64,000 nt of DNA, taken from assembly GCF_009914755.1 (NCBI RefSeq), contig NC_060930.1; one strand, written 5' to 3'. This DNA comes from the human T2T-CHM13v2.0 reference genome, Homo sapiens. The notes below the pieces were generated by a model. It was given only the letters and a program-made list of their open reading frames with translations. It did not search any database and was not told the DNA's origin. Made by a program: the position numbers and the translations under genes. Shown one piece after another: positions 14,110 through 25,435 of this stretch (its first letter is position 1; every line of letters starts with the position of its first letter).

Positions 14110-15802
14110 TACAATTCAGCAAGATATTTTGAAAATATCAACGAATATAAATAAATTTAAACATATGTTTACATGGAAATTATGTAAAAGACCCAGAATA
14201 GCCAACTTAATACTAAAGGAGAATAACAAAGTCAGAAGACTGACACTACCTGACTTCAAGACTCCCTATAAAACTATAGTGTTCAAAACAGTATTGTATT
14301 GGGGAAAAATAGACAAATATATCAGTGGAATAAAATAGGGTTCTCAGAAATAGACTTATATAAATCCAGCAAACAGATCTCTGACAAGAGCAAAGGCAGT
14401 AGCATGGGAAAAGGATAATCTTTTCAACAAGCAGTGCTGGAATAACAGAACATCTGTATGCAAATGAGTGAATCCAGGCACAGACTTTATTCCCTTTTCA
14501 AAAATTAATTTAAAATGGATATTTTACACCATAATGGATATTTTATAACTATAAAAATTCTGGAAGATAACATAGGAGAGAACACAGATGACTTTGGATG
14601 GTGATTACTTTTTAGATAGGACACCAAAGGCATGATCTATGAAATAGACAATTAATAAACAGGGATAAGTTAAACTTAAAAGTTCCTTCTCTGAAAAAAA
14701 CAAAAACAAAAACAAAAAAACACTGTCAAGAGAATAAAAAGAGAAGCCACAGACTGAGCGGAAATATTTGCAATCCACATACCTGATAAAGGACTGTTAA
14801 AGAAAATAAACTCCAATTTTCAAAAATGGGCTAAGGACCTTAACAGAAACCTCACCAAAAATATACATAAATATTGCAAAAAAGCATATGAAAAGATGCC
14901 CAAACCGTGTATCATCAGAAATATGCACATTCAAATAACAATGAGATACCATAACACACCTATTGAAATGGCCAAAATCCAAGAACACTGCAGCCACCAA
15001 ATGCTGGGAAGCTGTGGAGCAACAGAGACTCTCATTCATTGCAAAATGAGACAACGATTTTGGAACTTAGTTTGGCAGCATTTCACAAAACTAAGCATAC
15101 CCTTATTATAAGATTTAACAATTGAGCTTTTTGGCATGTACCTAAAGGAGCTGAAAAAGGTATGTCCACAGAAACATCAGCACGTGAATGTTTAAAGCAG
15201 CTTTATTAATAATTGACAAAATGTGAAAGCAACTGAGCTTTCCTAAAATGGGTTAATGGACAAACAAAATATGGAACATCCAAATGATGAAATGCTGTTT
15301 AGCGCTAAAAAGAAATAAGGTATCAAGCCATGAAAAGTTATGAAATTAACTTATTAAATACTGCTAAGTGAAAGAAGCCAATCTGAAAAGGCTAAATACT
15401 GTATAATTTCCATTTATGACATTCTGGAAATGGTGAAACTATGAAACAATGAAAAGATCAGTGATTGCCATGGGTTATGGAAGAGTGGGGAATGAATAGT
15501 CAGAGCACAGAGGATTTTCAGAGCAGTAAAAACCAGTATGATTTCATAATGGTACATACATGTTATACATTTGTCAAAACCTATAGAATGTAGAGTACCA
15601 AGAGTGAACCCATATATAAACTATGGACTTTGGACAATATGATGCATCAGTGTAATTTCAACAATTGTGATAACAATATACCACACTGGTGGGGGAATGG
15701 TAAAAATGGGGAAGGGTTTTTATGGGTAATCTCTGTATCTTCCTCTTAATTTTGCTGTGAACCTAAAACTGCTCTAAAAACGTCAAGAAAAAAAAAAAAA
15801 AA
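14110..15802 (+). mobile_element. L1MC1-type 3' region (ORF2 end plus 3'UTR)
   Basis: ORF2 remnant LTLPDFK; 3'UTR ccaagagtgaacc…aaactatggactttgg…ttttgctgtgaacctaaaactgctct, then A-tail. Confidence 0.85.
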
Positions 15803-18800
15803 CTTCCAACAAGGGGTAAATAGAATAATCTTTGGGTTAGATTTTGTAGGTGGAGATAAAGAAAATAAGGACAAAAATAGCCAATTTATTTAGGAAAAAA
15901 GATAATCTGATTAGGCCTGAATTGCTATTAAAAAAAAAAAGCCCCTCTACTATATTCTGAAGAATATCTGATTTAATGTAAGGATATTTTAATACATGCT
16001 TACAGCTTACTAACTTTGTCCTTAACTTTGCAAATTGCTTCAAAAATCATACTAGAGTCTGAACTCTGCAGGAGCAAAGATAGGGCACTGCATGTTGAGC
16101 TTTTTGACATACTACAAGTAGTGGCAGAATAATCGGATTTCCTTTGTGTTGAAAAAAATACCCAATGAGTTTCTGGCAATCCTAAAAACATCTAATCTAA
16201 AGATTCTCATTCAGAGAAATAAGCTTCCTGCTGTAGGAAAGGTATCATGAATTCCAGGCTGCAATTTATATAATTGGATGTGAACAACAACTATTTATAT
16301 AATAGGCATAATAAATTTCTCCAGAATTCTCTTGAGTGATTTAGATAATATTGTAGATGGAACATTGATACTCAAATTATAGTCCAACATTTTTAAATTG
16401 AGGGTAGGAAAACAAGAGATTTTTACAGTTATTAAAAGAAAATATAAATTTTAAAATGTTGAGTACTGAACTCCGTTTGCTATGTAATTTCTGGGCAATT
16501 GTAAGCATATCAATGTAATGAATCAATAACACTTCAAATATTAAGAAATTAAACATTTTAAGAATCAATATCCTCAGTTATAATTTTTCAGTGCCTATAA
16601 TTCAGTAATTATGTCCAGAAAAATAAGAAATTGGAAAAACAAGGTATAGATTTAACAAAAGATTATTATGTAATATATGGTTTAGAGCATATTTAAACTT
16701 AAATATTTTAAATTGAATTAAATTAGTTTAATAATCCATTCCTTTTCCAAAATTTGAGATCATATTGATTCTGTAAAATCAGGGTAAGCACAACAGTGAG
16801 GTTGAGTGAGATGAAGGAATCAACTCTTCTGGAGGCAGCAATGTGCAATACCACCTGAGTTCTTGTCCTGAGCTAATGTCACTCTTTCCACCTTGCATTC
16901 TATTCAGAGTTCCAGCAATTTCTGCTAATATCTGGGTCCTAAAATGCCCCAGAGTCATGTTGAACAATAAATAAAATCAGACTCTGGGTGAATTCCCAAC
17001 CTGTATAAAATCCTGATTTTTAGCTGATAAGAATATTTTGAAACAATGTAAACCTTATTTAAACATTTGTTAGCTTAAAATAATAATTTCCACCAGCTTC
17101 TGCAGGAGTGGTATTTGAAAATATCGGTTTTCAAATTGAGAGATTTATGACAAAGCAAACTATAATCAGGATTGGTTTAAGCAAGATAAGACTTGAAATA
17201 AGTAATATATTTGCAATCAATTTTATATTCTCACACTCTTTAATAATTAGACTAAAGAAATACAAAGAGAAACTGGAAAGGGGCCAAAGTAAGAGTATTA
17301 TTTTATAAGAACTAAATGACAGACAAGTAAGTTGGCTGTTCACTACTCATTCAGATTCTCAAAGGATATTGCTGTCATCTGAGAAAAAAGAGATACTCAC
17401 ATTACATCTACTTTTATAAAAATTTCAGCAAAATTCCACTTTGGAGGTTGCTATCTGGGTTACAGAAACGGGAAATAAATCGAAAGTTCAGAATATTAAG
17501 CTGACTGGCATAAAGAGGTTATCATAAATATATGCTGAAATGCAGTGATGTCTTAACCTAGAAGCTTTATTAAGAAAAAAAAAATAACTACAGAAAATAG
17601 AACATGTCCTCAGGTAACTTTTTCTATGTGCTAGTTTGGGTCTCTCAAGTGTGTTCTTGCCTGAAAAGTATATGCGTGTGTGCATTCCTGTACATACTTG
17701 CTAACTATATCCATAATGCTAATGCAATTTCATATTGTAGAAAATAATAATGTCTGACTTAGCAAGATCTTTCACGTGTTTTTCCTTATACTTACTTTGA
17801 GGTTTTTATTTCTTGAATATCTCAGGACAACCTCTCATTCTCTACGCATGAAGTGCTATGCATTTCTGAATTTCTCAATATAACTGGTCTCTGGTACTGA
17901 CACCTAATAAAGCACCTTAAAGTGACTAGTAAAAGAAAGTAAACTGTTCCATTGATCAATGTGTCAGTTTTCATGCTAGTACCATGTCGTTTTAACTACT
18001 ATCACATTGTAACATAGTTTGAAATAAGGTGGTATGATGCCTTCAGCTTTTTTTTTTTTTTTTTTTTTTTTGCTCATGATTTCCTTGGCTATTCATGTGT
18101 TTATTGCATTTTCATATGAATTTTAGGATTACTTTTTTCTATTTCTATGAAAAAACACATAGTGTTTTGTTAGGAATTACATTGAATTTGTAGAACATTT
18201 TAGTAGTACAAACATTTTAACAACATTTATTATTCCAATCTAAGAACACAAGATACGTCTCCATTTATTTATATCTTCTTCAATTTATATTAATGTTTTA
18301 TAATTTTCAGTGTACAGCTCTTTCAGCTTCTTGGTTAAATGTATTTGTAATTATTTCATAGCTATTGTAAATGGAATTATTCTCTTGATTTTGTTTTGGT
18401 AAAGTTCATTGTTAGAGCAGAGAAACGTTACTGATTTTTGCATGTTGATTTTGTATCCTGCAACTTTACTGAACTTATCAGTTTAAACAGTGTTTTCAGT
18501 GGAATATGTAGGGTTTTCTATGTATAAATTCATGTTATCTGCAAAAAGGGATAATTTAACTTCTTTCTTTATAATTTGAATATCTTTTATTTTTTTCTCT
18601 GACCTCACTGCTCTGGCTAAGACCTCTACTACTATATTGAATAGACGTAGTACAAGTGGGCATTCTTATCTTGTTTAGGATCTTAGAGGAAAACTTTTCA
18701 ACTTTTCCACATTGAGTATGATGTTAGCTGTGGGTTTTTCAAATATGGCTCTTATTGTGTTAAGATATATTTCTTCTATACTGAATATTTTTTTCTTTTT

Positions 18801-19177
18801 TTCCTTCTGACTCTAATCTTAACCCTGCCCTTAACCCATAATTTTTTGAGAGTTTGTATCATGAAAGGATATTGGATTTTGCCAAATGCTTTTTTTCATT
18901 GTCTACTGAGATGATCATATGATTTTGCTTAATTCTGTTAATGTGGTATATCACATTTATTGATTTGCGTATGTTGAATAGGAAGCTCAGAAAAGAATCC
19001 ATACTTTGGTGATCAATTGGTCTTTGACAAAGGTGTCAAGAATATACAATGGGAAAAGGTCAGTCTCTTCAATAAATGTATAGGTAAAATTTGGTATCCA
19101 CATGCAAAAGAATGAAATTGGCCCCTTATCTCACATTGTATACAAAAATCAACTAAAAAAATGGATGAAAAACAAAC

Positions 19178-20370
19178 ATTTTTCTGGATATATACCCAGT
19201 AATGGGATTGCTGTGTTGAATGGGAGTTCTGCTTTTAGCTCTTTGAGGAATCTCACACTGCTTTCCACAATGGTTGAACTAATTTACACTCCCATCAACA
19301 ATGCATAAGTGTTCACTTTTCTCCACAACTTTGCTAGCATCTGTTATTGTTTGACTTTTTAAAAGTAGCGGATCTGACTGGTTTGAGATGATATCTCACT
19401 GTGGTTCTGATTTGCATTTCTCTAATGATTAGTCATATTCAGCTTTTTTTCACATGGTGGTGGCTGCATGTATATCTTCTTTTATAAAGTGTCTGTTCAT
19501 ATCCCTTGCCCACTTTTTTTATGGGGTTGTTTGTTTTTGTCTTGTAAATTTGCTGAAGTTCTTTATAGAAGATGGATATTAGACCTTTGTCAGATGCATA
19601 GTTTGCAAATATTTTCTTCTATTCTGTAGATTGTCTGTTTAGTCTGTTGATACTTATTTTGTTGTGCAGAGCTCTTGTTTAATTAGATTTCACTTGTCAA
19701 TTTTTGCTTTTGTTGCAATTGTTTTTTGTGTCTTTGTCATGAAGCCTTTGCCCATTCCTGTGTTCAGAATGATATTGCCTAGGTTGTCTTCCAGAATTTT
19801 TATAGTTTTGGGTTTTACGTTTAAGTCTTTAATCTACTTTGAGTTGATTTTTGCATATGGTGTAAGGAAAATCATTCTACCATAAAGACACATGCATGCA
19901 AATGTTCACTGCAGCATATTCACAATAGCAAAGACATGGATTCAACCTAAATGCCCATCAATTACAGACTGGAAAAAGAAAATATGGTACATATATATCA
20001 TGGAATATTATGCAGTCATAAAAAGAATAATATCATATATTTTTCCAGAACATGGATGGAGCTGGAGGCTATTATAATTAGCAAACTAATGCAGGAACAG
20101 AAAACCAAATACTGCGTGTTCTCACTTATAAGTGGGAGCTAAATGATGAGAACACATGGACACAAAAGAGAAAATAATAGACACTGTGGTCTACTTGAGG
20201 GTGGAAGGTGGGAGAATGGAGAGGAGCAGAAAAGGCAAATCTTGGGTACTGAGCATAATACCTCGGCAATTAAATAATCTTTACAACAAACCCTCATTAC
20301 ATAAGCTTACCCATGTAACAAACCCTAACATATACCCCTGAACATAAAAGAAAAGTTAAAATAAAAAAAG
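19178..20370 (+). mobile_element. L1PA12-14-type element with 5' inversion (19178-19868 inverted), nested in L1MA
   Basis: Antisense ORF2 end, then sense aaatcattctaccataaagacac…gagaggagcagaaaa…aaaagttaaaataaaaaaa. Confidence 0.85.
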
Positions 20371-21032
20371 GACTTAAACTTAAGACATGAAACTATAAAA
20401 CTACTAGAAAAAAATAAAAAGAAGAAGAAAAACCACTTGACATTGGGCTGGGCAATGATTTTTTAGATTTGACCCCTAAAGGGCAGGCAACAACACCAAA
20501 GATAGAAAAATAGGATTACAACAAAATGTTTTAAAATTTGCCTATCAAAGGAAATAATTAATAACAGTGAAGAGACAATCCTTGGATTGAGAAAAAATAT
20601 TTGCAAGCCATACATCTGATAAAGAACTAATATCCAAAACATAGAAGAAACTCAACTCTATAAAAGAAAAAAGAAATCATTTGATTAAAAAACAAGCAAG
20701 GGGCATGAATAAACACTTCTCAAAAGAAGACAAAGGAATGGCTAACGGATACATAAAAATGCTCAACATTGTTAATCATTAGGCAGACATAAGTTAAAAC
20801 ACAATGAGATATCACCTCACGCCTTTTAGAATGGCTTTTATAAAAAAGACAAGAAATAACAATGGTTGTTAAGAATGTAAAGAAAAGGGAACACTTGTAC
20901 AGTCTTGGTAGAAATGTAAATTGGTATAACCATTATAGAAAACAGCATGAAGTATCATTGAAAAACTAAAATAGAATTACCATATGGTCCAGCAATCCCT
21001 CTTCTGACTACTGACCCAAAAGATTTGAAATC

Positions 21033-21329
21033 GCCCAGGTGCAGTGGCTCATGCCTGTAATCCCAGCAGTTTAGGAGGCTGAAGCGGGTGGATCACCTGA
21101 GGTCAGGAGTTCAAGACTAGCCTGACCAATATGGTGAAACCCTGTCTCTACCAAAAATACAAAAATTAGCTGGATGTGGTGGCAGGTGCCTGTAATCCCA
21201 GCTACTCAGGAGGCTGAGGCAGGAGAATTACTAGAACCCAGGAGGCGGAGGTTGCAGTGACCCTAGATTATGCCATTGCACTCCAGCCTGGGGGACAGGA
21301 TGAGACTCTGTCTCAAAAAAAAAAAAAAA
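21033..21329 (+). mobile_element. AluS (Sq/Sx-like) nested in L1MA
   Basis: Full dimer; TSD aaaagatttgaaatc. Confidence 0.95.
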
Positions 21330-23694
21330 AAAAGATTTGAAATCAGTATGTATTGCACTCCCATGTTCATTGCCACACTATTCACAATAGCCAAGATGTT
21401 AATTCAACCTAAGGGTCCATCATGGGATAGATGAATAAAGAAAACGTGGGATATATACTTAGTAGACTACAATTCAGCCTTATCAAAGGGAGAATTTCTG
21501 TCATTTGCAACAACATGGATGGAAGTAGAGGAGATTATACAAGTGAAAAAAGCCAAACACAAAAAGACAAATACTGCATGTTCTCATTTACGTGTGAAAT
21601 CTAAAACAATTGAACTCACAGAAGACCCAAGTAGAATGGTAGTTTCGAGAGGCTGAAGGTTAGAGGCAATGGGGAGATGATAGCTAAAGGGTACAAAACC
21701 TCAGTTAGATAGCAGGAATAAGCCTGACTTCTTTTCAAAAGCATAGCATGTTAAATATAGCTAATAATTGCATACTGTTCATTTCAATATTACTGACAGT
21801 TAATTTCTAATGTTCTCATCACAAAAGCTGTTAAATAGTTGAGGTGATAAGTATGTTAATTAGCTTAGTTTAATCATTCCACATTGTATTCAAAAATTAT
21901 AGCAACACCTTGTACCTTGTAAATATATACAACCATAATTTGTCAATATACAATTTAAAAAACAGAGACTACACTAACCCATAAAATGGGAATCTTTGAT
22001 AGATATTAACTAAAATCAACTTTGGCATTTGAAATATACCTTAGACCACATCTGCTTATATGAGTCTCATGGACATCCAGCACCAAAAGTATATTGCCTC
22101 GCTTTGGTGATGTCAATACAGCGGACAGAGGCTCTGTTTCGCCGGGCCAGTGTAATAACAGAGTATGGCAAAATTTCCAGTTAAGCATTCCTATGTATCA
22201 GAAGTACCCTAGTCAGCAGTTTTCCCTTTTATCCCTAAATTTGTTGCAGCTTATATGTAACAAATAAACCAATCTGTGACGTGAGTAGCACTGCATCAAG
22301 CCCTTAGGGTAATAACCATAATTTAAATCAGCCAACTGTTTCATTCTGAGAAGAGTTTACTAATGTGTGAATTTCATTGGCTAGATGCAAATAAAAACCT
22401 TAATTTGTGATTTAATGCATTGCTACCTACACACAGCCAAATATCACACACTTTCTCCAGGTGAAAGTGCCTGGAAATACGCAAAAACCAAACAAAACAA
22501 AACACATTAGTTTTGAAAATTTTTTTAAAAGACTGAATAAATGAGATTAATTTGTTTAAAGCAATTTTTCTACTTTAAGAATAGTTTCTCATACTTTGGT
22601 GTCTACCATGTAAGGCAATAAAATTATTCGGATTATTTGCACTGGCACCATGTTTTTAATTTTTTACTTAGTAGACTTCATTTTTCAGAGTCGTTTAAAT
22701 TTATAGTAAAATTGAGCAGAGTGCAGAGAGCTTCCTTAAACCTCCTGGCTCCCATCCCCAAACCTGATTTTCCCTATGATTAATATTGTGCATTAGTGTG
22801 GTACATTTGTTATAACAGATGAGCCAACATTGACACAATAATTTTAGCTAAAATCCATAGTTTACATTTGCATTCACTTATTGTGCTACACATTTTATTG
22901 ATTTTGAGAAATGAATGATATTTGTTAGTATTTGTTGTTATATTATCACCCATAATAGTTTCACTGTCCTAAAAATACCCTGTTCTGCATCTATTCATCC
23001 TTCCCTTGTACCCCCCGAGCACTTGGCAACTACTGAACTTTTTTTCTTTCTGTATTTCTGTCTTTTCCAGAATGTCATAGAGTTGGGATTATATAGTATG
23101 TAGCTTTTTCGGATTGGCTTCTTTCACTTACTAATATGTATTTAAGTTCATAAATTTTCAAGGCTTAATAGCTCATTTCATTTTATCACTGAATAACATT
23201 CCACCATTTGGATATACAAGTTTCTTTGTTCTTTCACCTATTGAAGGACATCTTGGTTACTTTTAAGTTTTGACAATTGTTAATAAAGCTGACATGAACA
23301 TTTGTGAGCAGGTGTTTATGTGGACGTAAGTTATCAGTACCTTTGAATAAATACCAGGAACACAATTGCTAGACTTTATAGTAAGACTATTTTTAACCTT
23401 GTAAGAGACTGCCAAACTACTTTCTAAAGTGTCTGTTCCATTTTGCATTTCCACAAGCAATGAATTGTAGTTTCTGTTAGTCAACATCCTCGCCAGCATT
23501 TAGCAATGTCTAGATTTTGCATTTTAACCATGCTAGTAGGTGTGTGATGGCATCCGTTCACTGTTTTAATTTGCAATTCCCTAATGACATATGAAATAGA
23601 GCTCTATTTATATGCATATGTATTCTTTGACATACATGCATATAGGAAGAAGACATACTCTATTTATTATTTATTCTATTTATTTTTCTATTCA

Positions 23695-23987
23695 TATCTA
23701 TATATATCTATCTAGATATAGATATATATAGATATAGATATATCTAGATAGATATATAGATATAGATATATCTAGATAGATATATAGATATAGATATATC
23801 TAGATAGATATATAGATATAGATATATCTAGATAGATATATAGATATAGATATATCTAGATAGATATATAGATATATCTAGATAGATATATAGATATAGA
23901 TATATCTAGATAGATATATAGATATATCTAGATAGATATATAGATATAGATATATCTAGATAGATATAGATATATCTATATCTATAG

Positions 23988-23988
<1 letters not shown>
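23695..23988. repeat. Palindromic TA/GA-derived VNTR with 28/22-bp units
   Basis: Unit tatctagatagatatatagatatagata; tctaga at 23711, 23743, 23771, 23799, 23827, 23855, 23877, 23905, 23927, 23955. Confidence 0.95.

Positions 23989-24036
<48 letters not shown>
23989..24036. repeat. (GATA)12 tetranucleotide STR
   Basis: Direct count. Confidence 0.95.
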
Positions 24037-25279
24037 TCTCCTTTGGTGAGATGTCTGTTCGGATCTTTGGTCGGTTTCTCAATTGAATTGTTGGTTTCTT
24101 ATTTAGTTTCAGAAATTATTTTTACATTTTAGATATACAAAGACTTTTAGGTTAGCTTTGCATTTTTCATTTTTTTTCCCCCGTTTGTGATTTGTCTTGG
24201 CTTTTCTCTCTTAACAGTGTCCTTATCAAAATTGAAGTTTTTAATTTTAATAACGCCCAACTTGATTTTGTTTTAAAATGGTGCTCTTGTTTTTTTATTC
24301 TTAGAAAACGTTGCCAAACTCAAGTTCTCCTAGATTTTTCTATGTTATCTTCCAGATTTTAGATTTAATTTTTTTGCAATCATTTTTATGCACTCAAACT
24401 TCAGAAATTGGACTGAAGAAGTACAGAGTTAGAGAAACTGTAAAGGGGCCAAAAAGAAAACTACTCTTTTACAAGAACTAAGGAAAAACAAGGAAATTGG
24501 ACGTTCACTACTCATTCAGATTCTCAAAGGATATTGCTGTCACCTGAGACAAAAGAGAAATTCATATCACACCTACTTTTTAAAAAATTCAGCAAAATTC
24601 TGCATTGGAGGTTGCTATTTGTGTTTTACACTTAGTTCTACCATCCATTGAGAATTAATTTTAGTGAAAAGTGCAAAATCTGTATTTAAATTTATTTTTT
24701 GCCTATATATGTGTAGTTCAGCACTATTTGTTGAAATCACTATCCTTTCTCTATTAAATGTCTTTTACTCATTTGTAAAATATCAGTTGACCAGATCTAT
24801 GTGTTTCTATTCCTGGGCTAAATTCTTTGGCTGGTAACATATTTTTAACTGTCAGCATTTTTTTTTACTTTATGTTTTTTTTATGAGTATAGCACTATTG
24901 TACATTGGTATGCAAAATTGTTACTTTTCTTTTGTAATTATTTTGGAAAATTGTGTGCATTATTATATAACTAGGTAAGAATCAAGTACCTTATTTTATT
25001 TGTTAAGAAAAAATAATGGTTTTAGGGGGAAAATAATATTTGCTAAACACAAACTTACTTTATAGAAAATCTTGGATCATGTTGAATTTAACTAGAGATA
25101 TCTATAGATTAATATACTCATCTTCAGATATATAGATTGTGCTATAAAATAATTCAGAATAATGATGTAAATGTTTGCTTAGTAACACTAAGAATAATAG
25201 TTAAGAGGTATTGAAATATTATTATGTATGTGACACTTTTTAAGGTTGTTTTTTTAATTCCTTAAGAATCTTTTCAAGT

Positions 25280-25435
25280 CAATGGGTTTTCAATATTTTT
25301 AGTCACAGACATCTAATAAAGAATAATAATCTCTCTCCATGTGAAAGCATTTAAATAAACCCAACTGACTGTATACAATTTGAGGAGCTGATAGTCCCTT
25401 TGAAATCCATCCATGGATGCCAGAAATGGAAACAA
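25280..25435. mobile_element. Ancient hAT-Charlie MITE (MER103-like)
   Basis: gtatacaatttgaggagctg…tgaaatccatccatggatgccag. Confidence 0.45.

Larger units (their letters stand above)
17944..21962 (+). mobile_element. L1MA-type element with 5' inversion (17944-18977 inverted), interrupted by an L1PA and an Alu
   Basis: Inverted ORF2 segment ends at …caatggaacag; sense segment resumes at aatagga…; L1MA 3'UTR ends at tgtcaatatacaatttaaaaaa. Confidence 0.85.
22655..24825 (-). mobile_element. L1MC2/L1MD-type 3' region, interrupted by a VNTR and a 250-bp foreign insert
   Basis: tagacttcatttttcagag…cattagtgtggtacatttgtta…ORF2 antisense remnant. Confidence 0.8.

Noticed and set aside
16004-16181. 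Minus-strand exon-like segment (tttttag…gtaagc) with open frame LPETHWVFFSTQRK…
   Set aside because: Peptide not recognised, and its phase is incompatible with the 22.1-kb candidate; consistent with chance.
23695-23988. CRISPR-like regularly spaced repeats
   Set aside because: No unique spacers; this is a simple-sequence VNTR in a eukaryotic genome.
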